Origin: a virus
Taxonomy: Duplodnaviria; Caudoviricetes
Virus record (IMG/VR): IMGVR_UViG_3300044627_003892
Length of the DNA: 64,000 nt
Direction: 5' to 3' (one strand)
Under the pieces are notes generated by a model. It searched no databases. It had not been told where the DNA came from and saw only the letters and a program-made list of their open reading frames with translations. Position numbers and translations under genes: made by a program. Of the stretch, positions 9,373 through 19,773 are shown one piece after another; positions within the stretch are counted from its first letter, which is position 1; the number at the start of each line of letters is the position of its first letter.

Positions 9373-9549
9373 TTAAAGTTGTTTGACAATATATTTATGA
9401 CCTGAATCAGAATTTTTCTCAAACAATTCTTTTGTTATTTCAGCTTCTTCATAGGTATTAAACTCCAAGATTTCATCATGGATGTTTAGAAGGATGACTG
9501 GCATCTCAACTCCTTTTTTGTTTTTTATAAATTTAACGATTACAAACAT
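9373..9549 (-). CDS. Small hypothetical protein (58 aa, below the track cutoff)
   Basis: MFVIVKFIKNKKGVEMPVILLNIHDEILEFNTYEEAE...KQL*, read by hand. Confidence 0.65.
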   Translation of the reverse strand: MFVIVKFIKNKKGVEMPVILLNIHDEILEFNTYEEAEITKELFEKNSDSGHKYIVKQL

Positions 9550-9551
9550 AA

Positions 9552-9803
9552 TTAATATCCAAAATGTGTTCCACTATAATTATCCCATTCGTCATCAAAC
9601 GAAAATTTCACTTTATCATATTTTTTAATGATTGGAGATGATTGTTCTTCTATAAAGTTTGGATTTGAAACAAATTCTTTCCATGTATAAAAATCATATA
9701 AACTTTCTAATACCTCCAAAGGAACTAATATAAGTTTATCATGAGTCAATCCCTTAACATCATCTCTGTATTTTTCTGATATTTGTATTTTGTTTTCTGA
9801 CAT
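9552..9803 (-). CDS. Hypothetical protein
   Basis: 83-aa ORF in an operon-like arrangement. Confidence 0.65.
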   Translation of the reverse strand: MSENKIQISEKYRDDVKGLTHDKLILVPLEVLESLYDFYTWKEFVSNPNFIEEQSSPIIKKYDKVKFSFDDEWDNYSGTHFGY

Positions 9804-9872
9804 AACAATTTAAGTATAATAATACTTATTGGTAAATTCAATTTGTCCTAATAAATTTTTATTAATATCTTT

Positions 9873-10367
9873 ATGAATATGAATGGAGTATTAGTTCTTA
9901 ATTCAGATTATAGTCCCTTAAATGTAACATCGTTTAATCGTGGGTTTAATTTAGTCTATAAAGGAAAGGCAGAGGTTGTTAAATCATCTGACGAGCCTGT
10001 CGTATGTGGTATTATAAAACTTGTTAGACCCGTTATTATTAGACTTTTAAACTACGTTTCAATCACTCGTAGACGTATTCGTGTTAATCGTCATAGAATC
10101 ATGAGACGTGACCATAATGCTTGTGTTTATTGTGGAAACAAAAAAGACCTTACAATAGACCATATCGTCCCTAAATCGAAAGGTGGGGGTAATACATGGG
10201 ATAACCTAGTTACGTGTTGTATAACGTGTAATTCGAAGAAAGGGGATAAGTTATTGGGTGAGACTAATATGAAGTTAATGAAAAAACCCACAGAACCTAC
10301 TATATTTTCGGATTCTGTGGGTCAATCTTTACAAAAAGTTTGGACTGAATATCAAAAGTCTTTTTAA
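9873..10367 (+). CDS. HNH endonuclease (McrA-like)
   Basis: RDHNACVYCG...TIDHIVPKSKGG...WDNLVTCCITCNSKKG. Confidence 0.88.
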   Translation: MNMNGVLVLNSDYSPLNVTSFNRGFNLVYKGKAEVVKSSDEPVVCGIIKLVRPVIIRLLNYVSITRRRIRVNRHRIMRRDHNACVYCGNKKDLTIDHIVPKSKGGGNTWDNLVTCCITCNSKKGDKLLGETNMKLMKKPTEPTIFSDSVGQSLQKVWTEYQKSF

Positions 10368-11872
10368 AGACCTTGTGTAATTGAACTTTTTAATTTGTCA
10401 ATATAACTTTTTTTCATATCTGAGGAAGTCTCAATTGTTGTGTTTTTCAAATCTTCCAACGATTGTTTAACCTTTTGGGATATCTGATGTGTTAAATCAT
10501 CTAAAGTTGTTCGTGATGCGGCAAGTTTTGCAATAGTGTTTCTAACAATAGTTTCCAAACCATCACCTGATGGGTCACTAATTTCAATAAAACTTTCAGG
10601 TAAAATTGAAACAATTGTGTCTGAAACATATTGAGGGTCAATCATTTTTTTTGCTTCTTCTTTTGGTAAACTTTTAAATGTATCTGTAATCTTTTTCCCA
10701 ATTTGGGTATTAGAGTTAATCTGTAATTTATTTAAAATATATTGAGTTGCTTTATCTATAAAAGTTTCTTCATGTCCTCCAAACACTGAATTAAACGCAA
10801 TATCAAAGTCACCTAATTCTGATTCATTTAATGTCTTTAAAAGACCACTATTAAAGTAGTTATCAAAAAATTTTCTATATGATTGGTTAAAGAAATATTT
10901 TGAATTTTCTTTTAAACTTATTTTTTTATCTAATTTAGATATTTTTAATTTTTCTTTAACATTCTCAGAAATTGTTTTATTTGTTTTCATTTCTTTTAAT
11001 TTTTTCTTAATTTTTAATTTTCTTTCTATTAGATGTGTTGTTACAGACTCTTTTTTAATTAAAGATTGTTTCCATTCGTCATAATATTTAACACCTTTTT
11101 TTAATTCTGAATTAGCAATCCATTTAACAATCGGATTTTTATGTAGGTCTTTTTTATTATTTTTTCGAGCCCAATATAAATCGTTATCAATTTTTTTATC
11201 ACTATCACATAGGTCAAGCATTCTTGCATCTAAAAGACTAGTAAATTTATCATTAAAACTAACTAACATTTTAAAAGATTCTTTATCTCTCTCAACATCT
11301 GTTTTATAATCGTTAATAAAATAATTATTAGTTTCCCATGGTTTGCAATCTATTTTAAAGGCTTGAGGTATTAAATGGTTTTGAAATATATTACCAATTG
11401 TTTCACCTTTTAAACCCGGATAATCGTCACCATTATACACATGTTCCCAAACTTTTTTCATTGTACTATTACAATAACCTAAAGTTTCAGTACCTTTTTT
11501 ATCTAAATTGTGTGTTTTTGCAATTTCAGAAAATTCTCTGTTAACATATTCTCTAAAAATATCACCAGCTTCAGTGTCGCATTCATTTGAATCGTTACAT
11601 CTAAAATACATTCCTTCACTTGGTTTCCATTCACAGTCTGTGATGTCATTCTTTTTAGGTTTTGGTGGAGATGGTGTCGGTGTTGGTGTTGGAGGTGTCG
11701 GTGATGGTTTTGGTGGTGTAGGTTTTGTTTTACAAGATGATTTATTAACAAAACATGAACCGGCGACTTCTTTTGTTAGGCATCCTTTTTTCTTCCAATT
11801 CTCCATTCTAGAACAAGAAATTTTGTCCCAACCGCCTTCTTCCAGTAATAAATGTTTATCTAATAAATTCAT
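10364..11872 (-). CDS. Hypothetical protein with Pro/Thr linker (possible virion-associated)
   Basis: 502 aa; Cys-rich N-terminus, PTPPKPSPTPPTPTPTPSP linker. Confidence 0.7.
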   Translation of the reverse strand: MNLLDKHLLLEEGGWDKISCSRMENWKKKGCLTKEVAGSCFVNKSSCKTKPTPPKPSPTPPTPTPTPSPPKPKKNDITDCEWKPSEGMYFRCNDSNECDTEAGDIFREYVNREFSEIAKTHNLDKKGTETLGYCNSTMKKVWEHVYNGDDYPGLKGETIGNIFQNHLIPQAFKIDCKPWETNNYFINDYKTDVERDKESFKMLVSFNDKFTSLLDARMLDLCDSDKKIDNDLYWARKNNKKDLHKNPIVKWIANSELKKGVKYYDEWKQSLIKKESVTTHLIERKLKIKKKLKEMKTNKTISENVKEKLKISKLDKKISLKENSKYFFNQSYRKFFDNYFNSGLLKTLNESELGDFDIAFNSVFGGHEETFIDKATQYILNKLQINSNTQIGKKITDTFKSLPKEEAKKMIDPQYVSDTIVSILPESFIEISDPSGDGLETIVRNTIAKLAASRTTLDDLTHQISQKVKQSLEDLKNTTIETSSDMKKSYIDKLKSSITQGL

Positions 11873-11889
11873 ATATTATAAATACTTAA

Positions 11890-14370
11890 TTAAGGTTTAA
11901 ATGTTTGTTTTCCATCATCCCAAACATATGTAACTTGAGTTCCGTCAGGTTTTGTAATAATACCTGTACCCTCCTCTGTATTATATTCACCAACTTTATA
12001 ACCTTTATCAATAGTAAATTCACTATCTAACGCAAATTTTGCCCATCCAAGGTCGTCGTCACTGTATTTTCCTTTTAGACTTCTTTCACCTTGTCTTTGT
12101 TTTCTTTTATTTTTTAAACATTCAAACATATTAGCTGCAGGGTCCTTACCATTATCACTATTATAACAGTATTCAGTTCTTAATACATTATCATACTTAT
12201 CTTTTGTATTAATAATTTCTTGTTCTAAGTTTTCAATAAAATTTTGTCGAATAGCCTCACTACCCCCACCAAACAATCCCTCATTATATATTCTTTTTAA
12301 ATATACTTGAAGTTCATCTATATAAGTACCTGTTATAACTCCACCCATTTCTAAAATTCCTTCAATCGGAGTTGGTCGAAATGAATCCCTTATTTGTTCA
12401 TCACTTAAAGGTGTTTTAACTTCTGAGATTACTTTACTTAATTCCGCACATTCTTCATCAGTTCCAATTTTTTCATATGTAACACCTTCATTAACAATTG
12501 GTTCACATAATAATTTTTGAATTTTTTCAAATTCTATAACCATTTGTATCTTTGCATCATTCCTTCTTGTACCCTCAATAAAACTCATAACCCATGGAAA
12601 AACAGTCAATTTCCAAAAAAGTAATTTAACTCCCCTATCAAACCAAACTCCCTTAGTTCCCGCTAAACCTATAATACTTCTGTAGGTTTGAATACTGCTA
12701 GGGTCCATTGTTAAAGCAAATCTTGTCCAACTTTTACCCAAATCGGCAAAAAGTAAAGCGGCATTTAGTGCCTTAGCTTCAGCACCTTCAGCTTTTATTA
12801 TGTCCCTCCATCTTTTTACATTTAAAATTAGTGACATTTCCCCGTAACCTCGAAACATTTGTGAGACTAATTTATCGAAGTTTTCTTGGAAATCGTTACC
12901 TAAATTTTCATATAATTCTTTAAACTCTTTACTTTCTAAGAATTTATTAAGTCTGGCATCGTCAATACCCGAATTTTTAAGTTCAGTTTCAAGCCAGTCT
13001 TTAGCACCTTTTTTACCTAAATCACTTTCTTGTAAGAGTACTACTAAATTTTTAATTGTATCTAAATTACCACCTATACCTTTATGATTAAGAATATTTT
13101 TTGCCATAATTTGTAGTTCCTTATTCAACAGGTTTTCAATGTCCTGAAGTGAACGTATTCTAAATGTCTTTAACATTCTATTTCCAAAATTCTCAATAAA
13201 ATATTTCACATACGCCGTACCTCTTGCACTACCAATTATTTTTAACTTAGGTAAAAGTACTTCATATAATATTTTCTTAACTTTTTGAGCGACAGTTTTA
13301 TCAGGGTAAACCTCAACCTGACTTGCCAATCTTATTATACTAGAAATTGATGTAAATTCTTTATTTAATCTATCACCTAATATTTTTAAATCAATCTCAG
13401 AAACTTCTTCGTCAAGTATTTCTCTCCAAGTTCGGTTTTTTGAGGTTTGTGACATAATTTCTCTCGAATATTTACCTAAATCAGGTAGTCCCTTTGTATT
13501 TATAGAACCTACTTTACTTAAGAAATTATCTAAATATTCTTTCATAAATTCTTCATTTCTTTTAAGAACTGGTAGTATTTTATTAAATAAAGATTCAGAT
13601 AAGTCTTCTATATTATTTATTCTTCCAGAGACATAGTTTTTTAACTCTTCAAATTCTGATGATGTTACAGTAATTCCACCAGTATCAATATTTGTAGAGC
13701 CTCTCTTTGTGTCATACTTTGTTAAAAATAGTTCACTAATTTTTTCTTTTAAAATATTTTTATTTAATATAATATTCTTAGCAGTATCAGCGTTTAATGG
13801 TAACTCATTTAATTTATATGCGTCAATTAATAACTTTTTATACTCTTTATCAATATTTAATTCTTCAAGTCTTTTTTTAAGACTTCTTAATTGAGTTAAA
13901 ACATCATTATATAAATCATCGTCTTGAGTAGCAATGGTTGGTGTCAATTTTTTCAAAATCGATTCAGACTTAGTCGCCAATTCATCAAGCTCAGGGTAAA
14001 TCTCTTTTAAACTTTGTCTTATTGACGCTTTCATTTCTTGTTTTACCTGAGCATTAGAAGTTTTAAGTAACTCTTTAAACAATGTACTAAAAGGAATATC
14101 ATCTAAAACACTGTTACTCCAATCAGCAGCTCTAATTGCTGTTAATATATCTTGAAGTGTACGAGTTGTTACCTCACCACCAACCTTTGAAATACTTCGA
14201 GTAACTACATCACTTAGTGTTCTTGGGTCTATATTTTTTATAGCATCCACATCAAATAATCTTTTTAACAATTTTTGAGTTAAACTTGATGGTAAACTGT
14301 CTTCACTAATTATTTGAAGACCCATTATTTCTCTTACTCTGTTAATTTCACTTAAAATTTCTTTTTTCAT
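11890..14370 (-). CDS. Large helical hypothetical protein (possible virion/ejection protein)
   Basis: 826 aa; leader MKKEILSEINRVREIMGL; hydrophobic segment GVKLLFWKLTVFPWVMSF. Confidence 0.7.
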   Translation of the reverse strand: MKKEILSEINRVREIMGLQIISEDSLPSSLTQKLLKRLFDVDAIKNIDPRTLSDVVTRSISKVGGEVTTRTLQDILTAIRAADWSNSVLDDIPFSTLFKELLKTSNAQVKQEMKASIRQSLKEIYPELDELATKSESILKKLTPTIATQDDDLYNDVLTQLRSLKKRLEELNIDKEYKKLLIDAYKLNELPLNADTAKNIILNKNILKEKISELFLTKYDTKRGSTNIDTGGITVTSSEFEELKNYVSGRINNIEDLSESLFNKILPVLKRNEEFMKEYLDNFLSKVGSINTKGLPDLGKYSREIMSQTSKNRTWREILDEEVSEIDLKILGDRLNKEFTSISSIIRLASQVEVYPDKTVAQKVKKILYEVLLPKLKIIGSARGTAYVKYFIENFGNRMLKTFRIRSLQDIENLLNKELQIMAKNILNHKGIGGNLDTIKNLVVLLQESDLGKKGAKDWLETELKNSGIDDARLNKFLESKEFKELYENLGNDFQENFDKLVSQMFRGYGEMSLILNVKRWRDIIKAEGAEAKALNAALLFADLGKSWTRFALTMDPSSIQTYRSIIGLAGTKGVWFDRGVKLLFWKLTVFPWVMSFIEGTRRNDAKIQMVIEFEKIQKLLCEPIVNEGVTYEKIGTDEECAELSKVISEVKTPLSDEQIRDSFRPTPIEGILEMGGVITGTYIDELQVYLKRIYNEGLFGGGSEAIRQNFIENLEQEIINTKDKYDNVLRTEYCYNSDNGKDPAANMFECLKNKRKQRQGERSLKGKYSDDDLGWAKFALDSEFTIDKGYKVGEYNTEEGTGIITKPDGTQVTYVWDDGKQTFKP

Positions 14371-14382
14371 GTTAATAAATAT

Positions 14383-17370
14383 TTATTCATCAGCTTTAAT
14401 CGCTTCATTTTTAGCCGCTTCATCAAGCCTTCTTATTAAATCATCAGTTTTTTTAATTTCTTCTTTTACCTGTTGTACTGAAATTTGGTTTTTAATTTTT
14501 TCGAATTCTTCACCAAATATTTTTTTACCAACCGCATTTATAAAATCCTTACTCTCGTTGGGGTTATTTTTAAGTCTTTCATAAAGTGAATCGGCCTCTT
14601 CAGGAGTATCAACACCCCTATTTTTCATTTCCCATTCAAAGGCTTTCCATTTAGTTTCATCTAAAGGTACTTTAAATATATTTTGAGAAATCTGATTCGC
14701 ATAAATAAACATTTTATACCCCATATTCAACATGACTGGTGAAAAAATAATAGGTAGTTTTACACCAATCTCCCTAAATATTTTAACCGCAATATTTTTC
14801 CATTGGGAGCCAAATTGATTTTTTAACCATTTATCTAAAATATCTTTTCCATAAACCTGAACTTGTCTCATAAATCTTGGGGTATTTATGATATCATATA
14901 AATGTCTTCTTTCAGTCTTTGATAACGATGTCACAAAATTTCTCATTTTTGCGCCAGTATTCGGATTAGCATCTTTAAGCTTATTAAATACTGACAATTC
15001 AGCCCAATCACCAAATCCTGACAAGAATTTTTTCTCAAATCCCGGTGTGTCAACTATAAATGATAACATTGCAGATGCTAAATCAATTTTAGCCATCTCT
15101 TCATTTCCAGCTAATTTATTTCGATACGCTGAGTAAACATTTAATCCAATATCAACAGACATTCTCGACAAAATTGCCAATTCCAATGGAATACCTAAAG
15201 CTGAAAATGCTGGAGGAAACACCAACGATGCTAAAAGAACACCTCCCATAGTAATTTTCCATCCGTGTTCATCCCACCATTCATCAGGACAAGGAATGGT
15301 ATAATTAACATAACCTGATGGTAATGAAGAATAATATTGACCAACAATATAACCTTTAAACTCTCTTTGTCCTGAGGCAATTGTTTTTAACTCCTTATTC
15401 ATACCAGGACAATCCTTAAGTAATTTTTTTATTGTTGATTCAACCACTGAATCTGTTATGTCGTCAATCGGGTAATCTCCAGTGTCAGTTGTTCCAGCAT
15501 ATAATGAACTCATAATACCCAACTGTGAACCAGGATTTTTAGAAATATGCATTTTAACAGCATTTTTAACCAAAGGACTATTCAAATAAAAATCTTTCGA
15601 ACCAGGTGCCCCTGGTAAATAAGTTTGAATTAAATCGTAATCTTCAGGATAAAATTGAAGGAGTAAATCTATTTGGTCTTCAGGTAATTTTAAAAACTTA
15701 ATCATCCATTTACCAACATCACCATTAGTTTCTTTGTTAGCAAAATCTACAACACAATTAGGATATAGTGATTCGTTTTCCAACGTATGTTTCATAAAAT
15801 CAGGAAAACTAGAAAACAAATCATTATCAAAATTAAGACCTCTTCCTCCTTCAGTTACAATTTTTCTTCCGTATTTAACTCCATTTACCTCAACAGGTTC
15901 TGTACACCATTCTGATAACCAATCAACTAAAGTTTTAACTTGTTCATCGGTTAAAATACTAAATACAGGACCTAAATTAATTGTTTGTGGAGGAAGTTCA
16001 AACCCCTCACTTTCTAAAGAATATGTCGGTAAATCAGAGTCATCACCTCTACTGTAAATAGGTATTACTTTACCATTAACATCATAAATACTTATTTTCA
16101 AAAACTTGGAGTCTTTAACACTTTTTTCAAACTTTTCTTTTTTATCTTTTTGGGTGTCACCTTTTTCAGATAAAACATCATCAGGTGGAATGTTCGAATA
16201 CGCATTGGCTCTCAACCAACTTAACATTAAATCGGAAATTTGATTATAACCGGAAATATCTTCCGAACCAACACTCCAAGTTCCTGAACTTGACTTATTA
16301 ACCAATGACTTTATAATATTATTAATATCATTTTCTTTATTTGGATTAGTTTCATCAAAACCCATCTCATATCCAAATTTGTAATTTCCGTCATTAATAT
16401 AATCAGACAAAACTTTATGCCATTTATAAGTTTTACCCCAAGTATATGGAGGTTTAACAACATCCTTATCTGACATAAGGCCTAATTGTACTAATGCGTA
16501 TTGAATATCTAAAATCTTATTCCCATATTCTGGATATCCTTTTTCAGTGTATCCTTTTAATCCTTGTTGTTCTTGTTTTTCTTTAGTTACAAATTGTGAT
16601 GGAGAGTACTGATATTGTATTAGACTAGATAATTTAAATTTATCAATTAAATCTTTCCAATTTGGTTGTATTGGTGGTTGGTAATTAAAACTTTTTGGAT
16701 TTTTATTATATTGTTTTAATTTTTTTTCCCAAACTTCGTAATCAACTAATAAAATTAATGGACCATACTTATCCACATTATATTTAAAATCTTTTACTTC
16801 TGTTGGAGTTGATATTGTGTTATCTTTAAAGCTTAAACTAGATTTAAATACTTTTGGATTTTTATTAATTAAGTTTTTTAACTCTTCTAAAGATAACTGT
16901 GAAACTTTTTCAGCAAAAACAGTTATGATATTGTCTTTACTTGTACCCGCACTAACTCGAGCCTCACCTTTACCAGTGTTAGATTCATATAATTTAATTA
17001 ATTGCTCAATTGAGTATTTTCTAAGGGTTTCTTTGGTTAAAACTTGTGGTTTTGATGTTGTTTGTGGATTTGGATTGTTAATTGATGGAGTTTTAGAATA
17101 AAATGATGGGTAGTTTGATTGTAAACTATTACAAAATTTATCAACACTTTCCTTATTTTTTGGTGCAAATCCTGACCATGTGTAATTTCTTGGTTGCATT
17201 TTACAATTTGTAATTGCGTCCTTATAAACGGGATTTTTTGGGACTCTATTTGGGTCCGGTTGTTCCGATAATATTTTAACCTTAGAAATATTTTCAGACA
17301 AGGTTTCTTTATTATCGTATTTCATCAATAACAAAACCCTCTCTAATAATTCTTTTTGATTCTTTTCCAT
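14383..17370 (-). CDS. Large hypothetical protein with TM segments (possible virion/ejection protein)
   Basis: 995 aa; hydrophobic stretch ITMGGVLLASLVFPPAFSALGIPLELAIL. Confidence 0.7.
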   Translation of the reverse strand: MEKNQKELLERVLLLMKYDNKETLSENISKVKILSEQPDPNRVPKNPVYKDAITNCKMQPRNYTWSGFAPKNKESVDKFCNSLQSNYPSFYSKTPSINNPNPQTTSKPQVLTKETLRKYSIEQLIKLYESNTGKGEARVSAGTSKDNIITVFAEKVSQLSLEELKNLINKNPKVFKSSLSFKDNTISTPTEVKDFKYNVDKYGPLILLVDYEVWEKKLKQYNKNPKSFNYQPPIQPNWKDLIDKFKLSSLIQYQYSPSQFVTKEKQEQQGLKGYTEKGYPEYGNKILDIQYALVQLGLMSDKDVVKPPYTWGKTYKWHKVLSDYINDGNYKFGYEMGFDETNPNKENDINNIIKSLVNKSSSGTWSVGSEDISGYNQISDLMLSWLRANAYSNIPPDDVLSEKGDTQKDKKEKFEKSVKDSKFLKISIYDVNGKVIPIYSRGDDSDLPTYSLESEGFELPPQTINLGPVFSILTDEQVKTLVDWLSEWCTEPVEVNGVKYGRKIVTEGGRGLNFDNDLFSSFPDFMKHTLENESLYPNCVVDFANKETNGDVGKWMIKFLKLPEDQIDLLLQFYPEDYDLIQTYLPGAPGSKDFYLNSPLVKNAVKMHISKNPGSQLGIMSSLYAGTTDTGDYPIDDITDSVVESTIKKLLKDCPGMNKELKTIASGQREFKGYIVGQYYSSLPSGYVNYTIPCPDEWWDEHGWKITMGGVLLASLVFPPAFSALGIPLELAILSRMSVDIGLNVYSAYRNKLAGNEEMAKIDLASAMLSFIVDTPGFEKKFLSGFGDWAELSVFNKLKDANPNTGAKMRNFVTSLSKTERRHLYDIINTPRFMRQVQVYGKDILDKWLKNQFGSQWKNIAVKIFREIGVKLPIIFSPVMLNMGYKMFIYANQISQNIFKVPLDETKWKAFEWEMKNRGVDTPEEADSLYERLKNNPNESKDFINAVGKKIFGEEFEKIKNQISVQQVKEEIKKTDDLIRRLDEAAKNEAIKADE

Positions 17371-17373
17371 TTT

Positions 17374-17625
17374 TTACCAAACTTGATTTGCGGGACCTCT
17401 TTTAATACCTGTTTCCCATTTTTCACCTGCTTTACCTAACATATTAGCTTTACCTCTTACGGTTGCGTAAAGTTCATTCCAATTAGAACCTCTTTTATTT
17501 GTGTTTCCACCACCACCTCCACCAGCAGCTGCGTCCTGTTCGCCTAATTCATCTTTCTTACCTTTTTTACTATCGGTAGTCAGATTTTTAAGCAAATCAA
17601 TTATATAGTCAACGTCCTGTATCAT
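17374..17625 (-). CDS. Small Gly-rich protein with twin RGKAN/RGPAN motifs
   Basis: 83 aa; internal repeat W..(V/K)RG(K/P)AN. Confidence 0.7.
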   Translation of the reverse strand: MIQDVDYIIDLLKNLTTDSKKGKKDELGEQDAAAGGGGGGNTNKRGSNWNELYATVRGKANMLGKAGEKWETGIKRGPANQVW

Positions 17626-17640
17626 TTTTTTATAAATATC

Positions 17641-17672
17641 TTTGGTTAGATAAAAAAGTGTAGTTATATTTG
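17641..17672 (+). promoter_or_regulatory. Bacteroidota sigma-A promoter
   Basis: TTTG(17641-44)-N20-TATATTTG(17665-72), ATG at 17678. Confidence 0.75.
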
Positions 17673-17677
17673 TATAT

Positions 17678-18163
17678 ATGAAACAATTACTTTATTTACT
17701 ATTATTATCAGTGACATTCTTATCTTGTGAAAGATATGAACAACCTACTTACCCATCATTATCAGGTAACTATGTAATTGATGTTATTACAGTTTCAACC
17801 AATTCTTACACCGATGTATTATACCCTGGTGATACACTATTCCTAAATGATACTAATTTTCCAATGGATACAATCGCTGTTGGTTTTACAAAATTAAGTT
17901 TTAATAATACACATATGGGATTTAATATTGTCGAAAACCAATGGGGTGACTATTACTTCCAAGATAAATTTCCATACACCTGTACTAATTTTGAATATCA
18001 AGGGAATGGATTTTTTTGGGTTATGATTAATGGTATACAATATTCATTTGATATTGTTGAAGATGGTCTTGAAAATTTAATTATTCGTTCTAAAACAGGT
18101 AGATTTAGAGATTCCAACAATAATGAAATGGAATTAACATTTACTATGACTATGGTATATTAG
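17678..18163 (+). CDS. Putative lipoprotein
   Basis: Signal peptide ending TFLSC (lipobox Cys). Confidence 0.7.
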   Translation: MKQLLYLLLLSVTFLSCERYEQPTYPSLSGNYVIDVITVSTNSYTDVLYPGDTLFLNDTNFPMDTIAVGFTKLSFNNTHMGFNIVENQWGDYYFQDKFPYTCTNFEYQGNGFFWVMINGIQYSFDIVEDGLENLIIRSKTGRFRDSNNNEMELTFTMTMVY

Positions 18164-18495
18164 AATAAAAACGAAGGTGGGATTTTTTTTGGATTTAATT
18201 TATAATACTCATCCATAAAGTCCTTTAATTCACTTTTGTCTACCTCGTACTCTTTTTCGTCTGACGCTTCTTCATCAATAATTAATTCGTCAGTATCTTC
18301 TTCATATATAATTGGGAAATCACTTGATTCGTAATCATAGTTTTCCAAAATGAAAAAACCGGACTTTTCAACAAAGTCCAGTTCAAATTCATGTTCTCTT
18401 ATTTCGTCCTCACCATCCTCGTTTAATCTGAAACTAACTTGTATAATTTCAGATTTTGGATTGTAATAGTAATCAACGATTTCCTTAATTTTCAT
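18160..18495 (-). CDS. Acidic hypothetical protein
   Basis: Likely start MKIKEIVDYYY at 18495. Confidence 0.65.
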   Translation of the reverse strand: MKIKEIVDYYYNPKSEIIQVSFRLNEDGEDEIREHEFELDFVEKSGFFILENYDYESSDFPIIYEEDTDELIIDEEASDEKEYEVDKSELKDFMDEYYKLNPKKIPPSFLF

Positions 18496-18499
18496 TTCC

Positions 18500-18967
18500 T
18501 TAAATGATTTTCTTGAACCACTTAAGTGATTCATTGATTTGTTCTTGTACTAACGAAGCTTTTGATTTTACTTTAATACCTTCTTCAATTTCTTCCATAG
18601 TATATTTTTTACTTGAGCATTGTTCGCATTGTTCTCCCTCTTTCATTTCACCACCACACTGTTCACATTGTTCTCCTTCACTCATAGATGAACACTGTTC
18701 ACACATTTCACCTTCATATAAACCACTACATTGTTCACAAACTTTTTTAAGTTTTCTATTAACTTCTGTATTAGTATATTCCTTAACTTCACCCATATTA
18801 GATACTGTAATTCCTTTTTTATCTCGATTTAAATCCTCGACATTTAAAGGAGTTTCATTTGGGACATTATTTCCTCTAGTAACATATCCATCATATTGAC
18901 TTCTATGTTTACTCTGTATTGATTCTTTTTCTTCTTTAGTAATATTCAAAAAAAATGCGTTTTTCAT
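18500..18967 (-). CDS. Hypothetical protein with four CEQC repeats
   Basis: CEQCS...EGEMCEQC...EGEQCEQC...EGEQCEQC. Confidence 0.7.
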   Translation of the reverse strand: MKNAFFLNITKEEKESIQSKHRSQYDGYVTRGNNVPNETPLNVEDLNRDKKGITVSNMGEVKEYTNTEVNRKLKKVCEQCSGLYEGEMCEQCSSMSEGEQCEQCGGEMKEGEQCEQCSSKKYTMEEIEEGIKVKSKASLVQEQINESLKWFKKII

Positions 18968-19030
18968 ATATATTGTTTTCTAAATAAATATATGGTTGAT
19001 TGAATAATATTAATTTATTATACTTTACAC

Positions 19031-19540
19031 ATGGAAAAACCTTATCAACTATTACAACCAGTTTTTAAAGACCATCGTGGGTCTTTTACCCCAATTAAAC
19101 TTTCTGACAAGTGGGTTCAATCAAATATTAGCATAAACGACGATATATTTGTCTTCCGTGGATTACATTATCAAGATGACCCGATGGCTCAAACCAAGTT
19201 GGTTTCAGTTATTCAGGGAAAACTAATTGATTTTGTTATTAACTTGGATAAAGACAGTGAAGACTTTGGTAAACTTGAGACATTTGTTTTAACTTCAGGT
19301 GAATCAGTATATGTACCAAAAGGTTATGCTCACGGATTTTTAACACTTCAAAGTGGGACAATTGTTAACTACTTAGTAGATAATGATTATTCTAAAGAAC
19401 ATGAAGGATGTATTCAATGGGATACCGTAGAAGAAGTAAAAGATATTATCACCAAATACATGAGAGGATTTAACTTTAAAGTTAGAATTAGTGATAAAGA
19501 CACTGAAGGAATCACATTAGAAGAATATAAAAACAAATGA
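19031..19540 (+). CDS. rfbC: dTDP-4-dehydrorhamnose 3,5-epimerase
   Basis: FKDHRGSF, FRGLHYQ, QTKLVSVIQG, YVPKGYAHGFLTL. Confidence 0.9.
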   Translation: MEKPYQLLQPVFKDHRGSFTPIKLSDKWVQSNISINDDIFVFRGLHYQDDPMAQTKLVSVIQGKLIDFVINLDKDSEDFGKLETFVLTSGESVYVPKGYAHGFLTLQSGTIVNYLVDNDYSKEHEGCIQWDTVEEVKDIITKYMRGFNFKVRISDKDTEGITLEEYKNK

Positions 19541-19773
19541 CAAAAGAAGAAGTTGAAGAATTGGCGGAAGGTGCAATTCTATTAGACGGATTTGACGACT
19601 GTATTACAGGAGTTGTTGAAGAGTTTGGTAATGGTATAAGAATACTTTATTCACGTGATAAAATACTTGAGTCATTACAAAAAGATATGTCTTATGAAGA
19701 TGCTTTAGAATATTATTACTACAATATTGTTGGTGGACACTTCGGTGAAAGAAATCCTTTGTTTTTACTTTAG
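19537..19773 (+). CDS. Hypothetical protein
   Basis: 78 aa; ATGA overlap with rfbC. Confidence 0.7.
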   Translation: MTKEEVEELAEGAILLDGFDDCITGVVEEFGNGIRILYSRDKILESLQKDMSYEDALEYYYYNIVGGHFGERNPLFLL

